Position numbers and translations under genes: made by a program
Notes under the pieces: generated by a model
Told to the model about the DNA's origin: nothing
What the model saw: only the letters and a program-made list of their open reading frames with translations
Databases searched by the model: none
Part shown: piece by piece, positions 8,881 through 17,961 of the stretch
How positions within the stretch are numbered: the stretch's first letter is position 1
How the letters are laid out: each line of letters begins with the position of its first letter
From: Thermoplasmatota archaeon
Lineage (GTDB): Archaea > Thermoplasmatota > Thermoplasmata > Thermoplasmatales > GCA-001856825
NCBI GenBank assembly: GCA_023381415.1
Contig: JAMCUN010000009.1
Coordinates: 26,616 to 90,615, forward strand
Direction: 5' to 3'
DNA length: 64,000 nucleotides

Positions 8881-9255
8881 TCATAATGATACCCGTTTCC
8901 CTGTTCCCCTTGAACTTACTTCCTTCTTCCGACTGGAGTTAGGCGACACTATCTGTCTTACCAGGCTTTCATACCGTGGATTGATGAAATAATAGCTGAA
9001 TTTCCATTCCTCTCTTCTTTTAAGAAGCCCCACTTCATACATCTTCAGAAGATGTGCAGTCGCTGTTGGCTGTGGAAGCCCTAAAGCTGGTTGGAGTTCA
9101 CAGGAACACACGCTTCCGTACTTAGAGATTATATCCAGTATTGCTATCCTGTTTTTGTTTCCCAGCACCCTAAGTATCCTCGAGAAATCTTCATACTTGT
9201 CCGGGTCTACTTCTTCTATCTTCCTCGCGCTGCAGAAGTTTACGTCATCACTCAT
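8881..9255 (-). CDS. arsR: ArsR/SmtB family metalloregulator
   Basis: Winged HTH (NKNRIAILDIISKYGSVCSCELQPALGLPQPTATAHLLKMYEVGLL) with a CSC triad at the position of the ArsR CVC As(III) site. ATG 9255 forms an ATGA overlap with the acr3 stop; the longer ORF to 9324 would overlap acr3 by 73 nt. Confidence 0.8.
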   Translation of the reverse strand: MSDDVNFCSARKIEEVDPDKYEDFSRILRVLGNKNRIAILDIISKYGSVCSCELQPALGLPQPTATAHLLKMYEVGLLKRREEWKFSYYFINPRYESLVRQIVSPNSSRKKEVSSRGTGKRVSL

Positions 9256-10304
9256 TTGCCTATCTCCATTGAACTTAACCTCTTCTGCGTATTTATTTTC
9301 TGTTCTCTTCCAAGCTGAACCCATACAAGGAATAGCATCAGCGGGATCTCAAGCAATGGTCCGATAGCAGTAGTTATGACGACATAAGGGTACACGGCAA
9401 ACGCGGCTATCGCAATAGCAATGCTCACCTCAAAATCCCTGGCAGATACCGTAAATCCAATCGCAGTGGAGTCTGGGTAATTGTGTCTGAGTCTCCTTGA
9501 CGTGAGATAGCCTGTCTGAAAGAGGAGGAAATAGAAGATCAGCATAACGATGCCAACCATCCAGACCAGGGAGGGTGTGTCGATTATTCCAAACCCCTCT
9601 CCCCAGAATATAACCAGGATGGTGAAGAGTAATGCTACGGTCTGTACTGAACCCAGCCTATTTAGCACCCGCGAGAAGTAGTTCTTTTTTTGCAACAATC
9701 TTCTGGTTATTACCCCGGCGATCAATGGCAGTGCAAGGTACAAGATCACGCTCTCAAGGATCAATTCGGGTTTCACAATCACCGATGTACGTGCAAGAAG
9801 GTAAACTAGGAAAGGCGTTGTTATGACCTGGATAATGGAGTTCCACGCAACGAATGACACCCCAAGGGGAAGATTTCCATGGGCAAGATCTGTCCAGACC
9901 ATTACCATCGCAATGCACGGAGCAACTCCAAGCAGTATGATCCCCACCAGCATCTGAGATGCGACATTAGGTCCTATTAGATTCAGTGGCCAGTAGACTT
10001 CATATATGAAAAAGTAAGCTATTCCTGCAACCAGGAATGGAGCTATTGCGTAGTTGAGTAGCACCATCAGCCCTACAGTTTTGAAATTCCTGAGGCTCTT
10101 TCCCAGTTCATTCAGCCGGACCTTCGTCATGGCCGGATATATCATGAAGAAAAGACCTATTGGGATGCCGTAAGTTGCAACATCTGAGGTCCCAGCCTTA
10201 ACCTTGAATCCCAGGACTAGGCCTGCGATAATCGCTATTACGACAAAGACCGGAAACAGGATTGTCCTGATACCAATTTTCCGACTGATGCCCGCTTCCG
10301 TCAT
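9252..10304 (-). CDS. acr3: ACR3 family arsenite efflux permease
   Basis: About 10 TM segments. Conserved segment LLGVAPCIAMVMVWTDLAHGN with the invariant membrane Cys. ATG 10304 is 5 nt after the upstream stop; TTG 10313 is an alternative start. Confidence 0.85.
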   Translation of the reverse strand: MTEAGISRKIGIRTILFPVFVVIAIIAGLVLGFKVKAGTSDVATYGIPIGLFFMIYPAMTKVRLNELGKSLRNFKTVGLMVLLNYAIAPFLVAGIAYFFIYEVYWPLNLIGPNVASQMLVGIILLGVAPCIAMVMVWTDLAHGNLPLGVSFVAWNSIIQVITTPFLVYLLARTSVIVKPELILESVILYLALPLIAGVITRRLLQKKNYFSRVLNRLGSVQTVALLFTILVIFWGEGFGIIDTPSLVWMVGIVMLIFYFLLFQTGYLTSRRLRHNYPDSTAIGFTVSARDFEVSIAIAIAAFAVYPYVVITTAIGPLLEIPLMLFLVWVQLGREQKINTQKRLSSMEIGK

Positions 10305-10309
10305 TGTTA

Positions 10310-10819
10310 TCAACTTGATTTGATCAAGTTTATGAATGCTGCCGTAAATTCACCCGGGTAAAAGCGCGTTTTTGCTGTGATAATAGTTTCTGATGATCTC
10401 ACCACTTCTGATTTTACTGATATTGCTCCAGAATTCTCAATCTCCCTTCCTATGGGGTTGCGCACCATAATTCTTTCCCCATCCAACAGTCCGGCTATCG
10501 CCATGATGAGACTGGAGATGCGAAAATTTGCAAATAAAGTCCTATCATAGAACATCTTCCTTACGACACCAGCTGTTTCTTGATTCCAGAGCGAGTTTTC
10601 TTTTGACCCTAGCCCTAGCAAGATAGCTGGATCGCACTCCACTTTGGGACATGACTGGCGTCTTGAAGGTGTTATCCGATCAATTCCAGGTCTGCACTCG
10701 GGCGGCCTTTCTTCACATCCAGGCACATCCAAATCTGTCTCCCCATCCCGCACTCTGCAATATTTAACATGGGGTTCAAAGTAATGGCCATCATCCCGCA
10801 TTGTACCTGTATCTTTCAT
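10310..10819 (-). CDS. cysteine-rich hypothetical protein, first gene of the acr3-arsR operon
   Basis: 169 aa with five Cys in residues 21-62 (KYCRV, PGCEE, PECRP, QSCPK, VECDP). No family recognised. The coding call rests on tight linkage to acr3 and protein-like composition. Confidence 0.5.
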   Translation of the reverse strand: MKDTGTMRDDGHYFEPHVKYCRVRDGETDLDVPGCEERPPECRPGIDRITPSRRQSCPKVECDPAILLGLGSKENSLWNQETAGVVRKMFYDRTLFANFRISSLIMAIAGLLDGERIMVRNPIGREIENSGAISVKSEVVRSSETIITAKTRFYPGEFTAAFINLIKSS

Positions 10820-10836
10820 CGGTCGAAATTATAACG

Positions 10837-10858
10837 TCATATTAAAAAATTATGATAT
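10837..10858. promoter_or_regulatory. inverted repeat TCATA-N9-TATGA(TAT) bracketing a TTAAAAAAT TATA-like box
   Basis: 18-39 nt upstream of ATG 10819. Read on the minus strand it contains ATATCATAAT, identical to the left part of the 8646..8662 palindrome. Confidence 0.3.
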
Positions 10859-10976
10859 GATAATTAAGAATTAATCCCTTGGAGGGCAACGCCTAACACC
10901 CTTGAAGTTCATCTTCGTCCCCTGCCTTTAGCCCCTTTTTGTAATTAAATGGCAGCACCAGCCCCTGTCCCGTCCT

Positions 10977-12857
10977 TCACATTTGAGCTACTGGAGATAC
11001 AGAGTCACCTTTTTCTTCCTTCAATTTCTTGAGCCTTCCTATTTCCTCATCCAGTTCTCGAAATACTTCGGCCGGTGTTGTCCTTATCCCCTTATAGATT
11101 TCCTTTATCCTTACATCCTTTTCAATTAGTTTTGCAACCCTTATTCTGAACTGCTCCTCGTACTCTTTCACCGTGTAATCCTTGTTCAGGACGCTCTTGA
11201 AAAGCGGTTTTAGGTCTTCATACTTCGGAATGTATCCTATTGGCGTGAGAACAGCTCCTATCTCGCCGTGGATCCTCTTCTCCATCCACTTCAACCACAC
11301 CGCTTTATCTATCTTCTCGTTCAGGAACTTACCATTTTCCTTGAGGAAGTAGTTAACTGCAAAAATCAGTGGCTTATCCTTGAGTTTAGCACCGAAATCC
11401 AGGTAATTTCTCACGTATTTTCCAAGGTCTACTGACATGAATTCCATAATTGACATGGGATTAAAGGTCCTTACACCTGTCTTCCCGAGAGTAGCTGCAG
11501 TTGTCTCCGACTCTATGCTCGCCCCCTTGTTGATCACGCCATGATTCCAGTTCAGGGACTCGCATACAGGTGGCCACGTGTCGCTATCCCTCCCTCCGAA
11601 TATCATACCTCCAACCACAACCCCCTCTTTTGCCTCGAGGGCTTCCCTGTCCAGTCCATCGAAAGAGTCCAGGCTTATAGTGAAGCGTGCGTTCTTGTGA
11701 GAAGGAGTTATTTCATTTCCCTCTGCATCCTTGTTCCCCCTCTTCCAGATCCCGCTGTGGTTCTCCCCAGAGTCCGGGATATCAACGCCCATCCCATTCC
11801 AGAATGGTTCTCCATTGTGAACAAGAACGTTTGAGAATATGACTTCTCTATCGCTGTATATTGCATTCCATAGCTTCGCATCATCGTCCTCGTTCACTCC
11901 GTCAATTATTCCAAACACACCATTCTCTACATTGATTGCACGTGCCTTCCCTCTGTCTTCCTTTATGAAGACTAGGTCATCGCCCACTATCTTCTCTGAC
12001 GGTATCATGCTCGTTGAGGTCTTGCCGCAGGCCGAGGGGAATGCACCCGTGAGGTACGTTATCCTGCCGCCTGATCCATTCACTCCCATCAGAAACATGT
12101 GCTCTGAGAGCCACCCTTCCTTCAGCGCCCTGTTAATCGTAATCCTGAACGCAAGCTTCTTTGGACCGACAGTGTTTCCGGCATATTGGGTGTTAACAGA
12201 AAGGCTCCTGTTGCCATCAAGGTCGAAATATATCCTCCTGTTCTTCAGGTTCTTGCTTACCTTCCTCGTATCTACTTCTCCCTGGCTGTGAACAAACCTC
12301 AGGAAATCTGCGCCTGGGTTTCTCACGAAGTAGTCAAAGTCAGTCCTGTACAGCATCATGTCGCTGTGCATGACGTAATAGGAGTCCGTGATCTGCACAC
12401 CTTTCATAGAGAAAGGTGAATCCTTCGGCCCTAGGGAAAAGAATCCTATGATCATCGTCCTTCCTCTCATGATGCCTTTCATCAATCCTTCTACTTCCGC
12501 TATTCCAGCAGACCTCTCCATTGTGTTTATGAAAGGAAGGTTCTCTCCGTTGGGTGTAAGGATCTTGGTGTTCTCCTTGTCCCTTGCCTGATCGTAGTAG
12601 TTGTCAAAGTGGTATGTGTGCATTTTCACCGCGAGCTGCCTCTCCTCCCCTTCTTCCAGCGATTTCCTTCTTATGTATTCATAATCCTCCCTTGAGTCTG
12701 TTACCAGAAAAATGGAGGATGGCTCCATAAGGTCGATATAATGGGAAATGAATTCCAAAATTTTCTGGTTCTGCAGTAGGTCAATTTTTTTAATCTCGGA
12801 GGATGGAAATAGTTCGCGCTTCGAGATGATAGAACTTTTCATAATAGTCCCTAACAT
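10977..12857 (-). CDS. pckG: phosphoenolpyruvate carboxykinase (GTP)
   Basis: Kinase-1a loop FPSACGKTS. GTP-PEPCK length (about 620 aa). Conserved blocks YLTGAFPSACGKTS, GDDLVFI, WLKWME. ATG 12842 is an alternative start. Confidence 0.9.
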   Translation of the reverse strand: MLGTIMKSSIISKRELFPSSEIKKIDLLQNQKILEFISHYIDLMEPSSIFLVTDSREDYEYIRRKSLEEGEERQLAVKMHTYHFDNYYDQARDKENTKILTPNGENLPFINTMERSAGIAEVEGLMKGIMRGRTMIIGFFSLGPKDSPFSMKGVQITDSYYVMHSDMMLYRTDFDYFVRNPGADFLRFVHSQGEVDTRKVSKNLKNRRIYFDLDGNRSLSVNTQYAGNTVGPKKLAFRITINRALKEGWLSEHMFLMGVNGSGGRITYLTGAFPSACGKTSTSMIPSEKIVGDDLVFIKEDRGKARAINVENGVFGIIDGVNEDDDAKLWNAIYSDREVIFSNVLVHNGEPFWNGMGVDIPDSGENHSGIWKRGNKDAEGNEITPSHKNARFTISLDSFDGLDREALEAKEGVVVGGMIFGGRDSDTWPPVCESLNWNHGVINKGASIESETTAATLGKTGVRTFNPMSIMEFMSVDLGKYVRNYLDFGAKLKDKPLIFAVNYFLKENGKFLNEKIDKAVWLKWMEKRIHGEIGAVLTPIGYIPKYEDLKPLFKSVLNKDYTVKEYEEQFRIRVAKLIEKDVRIKEIYKGIRTTPAEVFRELDEEIGRLKKLKEEKGDSVSPVAQM

Positions 12858-13089
12858 ATATTTTATAAAACTTTATCTATTTTGTTCCAAGATGCTTCTT
12901 TAACAACTAAATCATCAACCTTTGGTCATGGGTATGTTTCTGCCAGCCACCTAGCATCGAATTGCTTCTCTATATCTGTGTAATGGTTCAGGAATTATTT
13001 GATATAACTTACAGCATCAAAGCGGATAAAAATGAAAAAATAGAGGCAAAAACGCTTAATTACTTTTAAAATAAGTACAGTAATTCAAG

Positions 13090-13236
13090 CTACTCTTTCT
13101 TTTCTTCCTTCTTGAAGCCCTTCGAAAGCCCTTTGCCGAACCCCTTAATTATTCCTGCCCCCTTCTGAGCGACCTCGCCTACTACCTCGCCCGTCTTTTC
13201 CGAAATACCTTCCTTCTTTTTTTTATCTTCCTCCAT
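13090..13236 (-). CDS. 48-aa Lys/Gly/Glu-rich small protein (not in the ORF track)
   Basis: ATG 13236 is preceded by GGTGAT 5 nt upstream. Translation: MEEDKKKKEGISEKTGEVVGEVAQKGAGIIKGFGKGLSKGFKKEEKKE, stop TAG. It lies alone in a 650-nt gap. Low-complexity, so coding status is uncertain. Confidence 0.3.
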   Translation of the reverse strand: MEEDKKKKEGISEKTGEVVGEVAQKGAGIIKGFGKGLSKGFKKEEKKE

Positions 13237-13504
13237 GCTAATCACCTGACATTGAAATGCTAAACGCAGTATTTATTGATTTACCATGAACGGCCGACCA
13301 TGACTGCTGATTGAAGTGTTACAACAATCATTTGCGCCCTGGCAAGGAATCAATCTTTCCTCATTGAGTGTCTTGTAGTAAATTGACAATGCTACTCCAA
13401 GAGTTGTTCATTTTTATTCAGTTTTTTGATTGTTAGATGTTTTTCTCAGTACCATTCAAGAATTGCAATAGCAAGGCTCATAATGAATAATCTCATGAAA
13501 GAAT

Positions 13505-13936
13505 ATGTTGGATAGCGACGCTTCTACGGCAAAAACGCTCACCCTTGTTGCAATAATAATCCAGGCAGTATTCTTCGTGATAGGATTATTTGAGACGTTT
13601 GCTCTGGTGCTCTTCTTCGAAAGTGTATCTACCTCCTCATTAACCACTAACCCTGGTGGCCAGCAATTTGTCGCTCTGCCAAACGTGATTTCCGTAATAT
13701 TCTCTGTCGCTCTTGCGATCGGAATTCTGTGGCTCTTGCTTGACTACTTTCTGATATACAAAAGGTTGAACGAGGAAAGAGTAAAGGAGGCTGAGGCACC
13801 TGCCATTGTTCTGGGTATAATACAACTGATATTCGGTGGGCTCATTCCAGGGATACTGCTCATAGTTGCTTGGATAGAGATAAGGGATTCGGTGAACAGG
13901 CAAGGTAATATGAGGGGGAGCGCCCCTCCTATCTGA
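13505..13936 (+). CDS. hypothetical membrane protein (3 predicted TM segments)
   Basis: Three long hydrophobic stretches (TLTLVAIIIQAVFFVIGLF, ISVIFSVALAIGILWLLLDYFLI, AIVLGIIQLIFGGLIPGILLIVAWI). No family recognised. Confidence 0.5.
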   Translation: MLDSDASTAKTLTLVAIIIQAVFFVIGLFETFALVLFFESVSTSSLTTNPGGQQFVALPNVISVIFSVALAIGILWLLLDYFLIYKRLNEERVKEAEAPAIVLGIIQLIFGGLIPGILLIVAWIEIRDSVNRQGNMRGSAPPI

Positions 13937-13941
13937 GTTAG

Positions 13942-14577
13942 ATGTCAGAAGGAAGCGTCTTTCCGATTCGTCCCCCGTCTCCTCGGGGAAAGTCAAGGTT
14001 AAAGATATTTGCCATTGCCATCGTAGTCATAGTTATAGCATCTGCAGTTGTAGTGGTCGCTTACCCTCCAGTTGCTCATTATCTTACATCTTCACGACCT
14101 CTTACTCCCGTATTCGCTTTCCTTCCATCGTCGGTTCTCAACTCCACTTATGAAGCGGGTTTCACGGCGTATAATCATTCCGAGAACTTATCCACATCTT
14201 CCATTTATTCGACTGGAAACATAGTGAAGGGGGAGTTTTGGATCTATAGTGAAGGGAACTCGACGAATACCACTGGTACTGTAGCAATTTTGATTCTCCG
14301 TATGAACTCCACGTCTGCTGCCTCACTTTTCGTAAGTAACTTCATTAAGGGAGTGGAGAGTTCACCTAAGCTCTTCTTAAATGTAACGATGACAAACGGC
14401 ACGTTTGACAATTTCCTCTATTCCACATACACCGCTTCAGACAGCAATGCGACTCTGGCTCAGGTATTTATCGCACACGACGGGGAGTTCGTCCTCCTGA
14501 TGGAATTCCTCAACCTTGTAGTTTTAGCGAAGGACTTGGCTGCCTTCCATGACCAAGTGAAACTCATGTTCCACTGA
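13942..14577 (+). CDS. single-pass membrane-anchored, sequon-rich hypothetical protein
   Basis: Starts 5 nt after the previous stop. N-terminal anchor LKIFAIAIVVIVIASAVVVVAY. At least 10 N-x-S/T sequons in the predicted external domain. Confidence 0.5.
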   Translation: MSEGSVFPIRPPSPRGKSRLKIFAIAIVVIVIASAVVVVAYPPVAHYLTSSRPLTPVFAFLPSSVLNSTYEAGFTAYNHSENLSTSSIYSTGNIVKGEFWIYSEGNSTNTTGTVAILILRMNSTSAASLFVSNFIKGVESSPKLFLNVTMTNGTFDNFLYSTYTASDSNATLAQVFIAHDGEFVLLMEFLNLVVLAKDLAAFHDQVKLMFH

Positions 14578-14868
14578 GAAACAGATACCCACTCCAATGA
14601 TCATCTTATCTCACGATCAAATGACATTGTATCTTCCCCAGAAAATGTTGGGAAAGATTGCCATTGTTTCAAGACATCTCCCATGCGTTTGGATAAGGTG
14701 AATTTCAACACAATCTTAGACAGCGCCCAAGGAAATCAGTTAGAATTCATGTGTTAGACCTTTGACGGTTGCATTTACTCAAATACAGTTGTCATCCCTT
14801 ATATCTCTTTACGTCATAGTCTGGAAAATTGGGCTGATTGAATTTGACAGATTGTACAAATTACGCTA

Positions 14869-14953
14869 TGCGGAGGGAGGGATTTGAACCCTCGGATCCC
14901 TACGGAGCCAGACCCTCAATCTGGCACCTTTGACCTAGCTCGGCAACCTCCGC
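14869..14953 (-). tRNA. tRNA-Leu (anticodon GAG), class II with long variable arm
   Basis: Minus-strand sequence GCGGAGG..CCAGA-TTGAGGG-TCTGG..long variable arm CTCCGTAGGGATC..GAGGGTTCAAATCCCTC..CCTCCGC-A folds as a cloverleaf. No CCA encoded, no intron. Confidence 0.9.
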
Positions 14954-14972
14954 TGTCGAGAAAAGTCATTCA

Positions 14973-14983
14973 TTTTATTTATT
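14973..14983 (-). promoter_or_regulatory. TATA-like box for tRNA-Leu
   Basis: AATAAATAAAA (minus sense) lies 20-30 nt upstream of the tRNA 5' end. The same TTATTTAT core occurs upstream of tRNA-iMet. Confidence 0.35.
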
Positions 14984-15048
14984 CTTTGGTACACTCAGCC
15001 AAGTTCTGAAGATGAAATCCCCTTACCATTATTAAAGGAGGAGCTTAT

Positions 15049-15939
15049 TCACCAGCTTTGACCTGTTATCCTTTCGTACAACTTCTTGTATAATAAGGAT
15101 GTCTCCTGCAGTATATCGCTTGGAAGAGGAGGTATCGGCGGCTCTTCCAGATTCCTGCTCCTCGCCTCGCTCAGCTTCTGATAGTACCCCATCTTTCTGT
15201 AATACTGCCTCACAAATTCCTTGCTCCTTTCAACCATTGTTCCATTCTTCTCGTAATCTTCCTTCTCCCAGAACCTGTCTTCGTCTGCCGTGCCGAATGT
15301 GTCTACAAGAACTGGCTGGCGCTCATCATCAAGGGCAAACTCCTTCTTGCCGTCAGCGTGTATGAGACCCCTGGAGAGTGCGGTGCTGTTAATTTCTCTG
15401 TCGACCTTGAATATAGTCTCCCTTATTGCCTCCACATCCTGGTCGCTCAGTCCTCCTATCTCCTTTGCCTCCGAAATATCTAGAAGCCTGTCTGTCTTTT
15501 CGAACTTGGTAGTCATCTCAAATAGTGGGTCCGGAATCTTGTCTCCGTGCTTCGGAGTGCTCCTGAATCCCAGGTCCTGGAATCTTGTCTTCCCTTTCTC
15601 TATTCTGTCCAGCAACGACCCTGCCACGTAATACCTAACTATGAATTCGAGCGGGACAAGGTAGCTCCTCTTGTCTCTAGATGCCTTCCCTTCTATTATC
15701 TCGAACTTTTTGACAATCATCTCCTTCCTGTTCCTGAATTCTAGAAGGTGATTGGGGATCTGGAGGTTTGATGCCCGCTCAAACCAGTAAGCAGATGTCC
15801 TGGCCAGTGATTCCCCTTTGTCTGGAACCAGAGAAGGGATCACCTTATCAAAGACAGAAATTTGATCCGTGAACACAAACAGGAGGGTTTCTCCCATGTC
15901 GTATACCTCTTTCACCTTACCCTTTCTAAGAAGTTTCAC
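15049..15939 (-). CDS. purC: phosphoribosylaminoimidazole-succinocarboxamide (SAICAR) synthase
   Basis: N-terminal KGKVKEVYD and FTDQISVFD blocks, LIHADGKKEF. Length 296 aa. Confidence 0.9.
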   Translation of the reverse strand: MKLLRKGKVKEVYDMGETLLFVFTDQISVFDKVIPSLVPDKGESLARTSAYWFERASNLQIPNHLLEFRNRKEMIVKKFEIIEGKASRDKRSYLVPLEFIVRYYVAGSLLDRIEKGKTRFQDLGFRSTPKHGDKIPDPLFEMTTKFEKTDRLLDISEAKEIGGLSDQDVEAIRETIFKVDREINSTALSRGLIHADGKKEFALDDERQPVLVDTFGTADEDRFWEKEDYEKNGTMVERSKEFVRQYYRKMGYYQKLSEARSRNLEEPPIPPLPSDILQETSLLYKKLYERITGQSW

Positions 15940-16029
15940 GCCTCATTATCTTGGTATGAACTTTAAGCTTTCGTTTTGTTGCCTGAGACATTTCGAAACT
16001 TATATTTCGAGGGTTGTAATCTATCAGGT

Positions 16030-17037
16030 ATGGCAACTGAGATCAAAGTCAAGTACGGTACGGACTTACTGAAGAAGGGATTTGCCAAGATGACAAAGGG
16101 AGGGGTCATAATGGATGTCACCAATGCGGAACAGGCCAAGATAGCAGAACGCGCAGGGGCAATATCCGTGATGGCACTAGAAAGGGTACCGGCCGACATA
16201 AGGGCGGAGGGAGGAGTTGCAAGGATGGCTGACCCACTCAAGATTAAGGAGATAGTAGATGCGGTCACCATACCAGTGATGGCCAAGGTGAGGATAGGCC
16301 ACCTGGCAGAGGCAAAGGCACTTGAAGAGCTTGGGATAGATATGATAGATGAATCTGAAGTGCTCACCCCCGCAGACCCATTCTTCCACGTGAACAAGAA
16401 GGAAATTTCAATTCCGTTCGTCTGCGGAGCAAGGAACCTGGGGGAGGCAGTGAGGAGGATATGGGAAGGTGCGGCCATGATAAGGACGAAGGGGGAGGCT
16501 GGCACAGGGGATATAATAGAAGCGGTAAGGCACGTGAGGATGGTAAACCAGGGGATTCAGGAAGTTGTTATGGCTGACGAAGATGAGCTGTGGGAAATGG
16601 CAGTCAACATTTCCAAGAGCTATGAGAACCTGATCAGGGAAACTAGAAAGATGCTCTACGGAAGGGATATGATAACGGACGACGACGTCATATTCGGCAC
16701 TTTCACCTACGGAGAGATCAAGTCCGGTATACACGAAGTTCTAAGGGAGGTCAAGAAGGCAAAGAGGCTGCCTGTCGTGAACTTTGCTGCCGGCGGGGTG
16801 GCATCCCCGGCAGATGCTGTCCTTATGATGGAGCATGGCGTCGACGGCGTATTCGTTGGAAGCGGCATATTCAAGAGCCCCAACCCAGACAGGATGGCAT
16901 CTGCCGTGGTTCAGGCAACAGCAGCCTGGGACGATCCATCCATTCTTGTTGAGATGAGCAAGGGACTGTCAGGCATGAAGGGAAGGGACGTCGGGAAGAT
17001 GGAGGACTCGGAGAAGATACAGGGACGAGGCTGGTAA
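16030..17037 (+). CDS. pdxS: pyridoxal 5'-phosphate synthase, synthase subunit PdxS
   Basis: Blocks [20 protein letters not shown]-like ([22 protein letters not shown]), [33 protein letters not shown] 16030 chosen; the upstream 18 codons look non-coding. Confidence 0.95.
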   Translation: MATEIKVKYGTDLLKKGFAKMTKGGVIMDVTNAEQAKIAERAGAISVMALERVPADIRAEGGVARMADPLKIKEIVDAVTIPVMAKVRIGHLAEAKALEELGIDMIDESEVLTPADPFFHVNKKEISIPFVCGARNLGEAVRRIWEGAAMIRTKGEAGTGDIIEAVRHVRMVNQGIQEVVMADEDELWEMAVNISKSYENLIRETRKMLYGRDMITDDDVIFGTFTYGEIKSGIHEVLREVKKAKRLPVVNFAAGGVASPADAVLMMEHGVDGVFVGSGIFKSPNPDRMASAVVQATAAWDDPSILVEMSKGLSGMKGRDVGKMEDSEKIQGRGW

Positions 17038-17047
17038 ACACCATTAG

Positions 17048-17860
17048 ATGAGCTTCCTTACAGTTGTAGGCCACGTAAACGTGGACATAATACTGAAGAT
17101 CAGGCAGATTCCGGCCTTCGGAAGCGAGGAGGTAAAAAGCATCGAGCGCAAGCTCGGTGGAACCGGAGCCAACATTGCGATGTTCGCTGCCTCACTTGGG
17201 ACTCCTGTAGACCTCATATCCAGGGTTTCGAGGAGCTTTCCGGAGGACATGCTATTGAAGCTCAGGAACGACCACGTCAACCTGAAGCTGGAGATGACTG
17301 AAGATGAAGGGCCCTTCTGCTACATTGCAGATGCAGGGAACAACCAGATTGCATACATGTACCAGGGTCCCATGAATTCCGTGGGTAAAGATTATGAGAT
17401 AGAGAGCGAATTCTGCCACTTTGCAACATCGAACCCTGAATGGATACTGAGGTTGATGCGACGTGCAAAGGGCATCAAGGTCTTCGATCCGGGACAGGAG
17501 GTAAAATACAGGTGGAAGCAGGAGAGGATAGTCGAAGCCCTGCGGATGGCCGACCTCGTGATCCTTAACGAAGCCGAATTCAACTACCTCTCCTCTTTCA
17601 CAAGGCTCGACCACGAGAAGACAATAGTCACCCTAGGCGATAGGGGTGCGATATTCAGGGACGAGCTGATCCCCACGGAAAGGGTCGCCAAGGCCTCTAC
17701 ACTGGGAGCAGGTGACATGTTCAGGGGGGCCCTTTATTCTTCGCTGTTCAGGGGAAGGAGCATGAAACAGGCGATTGTGTGCGCCAACAGGATAACCAGT
17801 TTTTACCTGAGGAATGGGGGGGTTGCCCCAAAGCAGCTGGATTGGGACGAAACGTGCTGA
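17048..17860 (+). CDS. PfkB/ribokinase-family sugar or nucleoside kinase
   Basis: N-terminal GGTGANIAMFAASLG and C-terminal TLGAGDMFRGAL signature regions of PfkB kinases. Substrate unknown. Confidence 0.75.
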   Translation: MSFLTVVGHVNVDIILKIRQIPAFGSEEVKSIERKLGGTGANIAMFAASLGTPVDLISRVSRSFPEDMLLKLRNDHVNLKLEMTEDEGPFCYIADAGNNQIAYMYQGPMNSVGKDYEIESEFCHFATSNPEWILRLMRRAKGIKVFDPGQEVKYRWKQERIVEALRMADLVILNEAEFNYLSSFTRLDHEKTIVTLGDRGAIFRDELIPTERVAKASTLGAGDMFRGALYSSLFRGRSMKQAIVCANRITSFYLRNGGVAPKQLDWDETC

Positions 17861-17961
17861 CGGTCCTGGATTGATTTCTCTCCCAATGAAAGAATCTGAA
17901 TATCCTCCAGAAGATTCATACAAACTTCAAAATACAAATAATCGCACGAAATAACCCGAGA

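Noticed and set aside
15963-16505. 180-aa minus-strand ORF. Similar long antisense or alternate-frame ORFs occur at 851..1318, 34242..34814, 36010..36606, 50175..50582 and 51710..52396.
   Set aside because: All lie inside genes with strong family motifs on the other strand or frame (PdxS, Bax1, ALDH, the transporter, S13/S4, RpoD/SRP54). Their products are low-complexity S/P/R/L-rich sequences typical of shadow ORFs.
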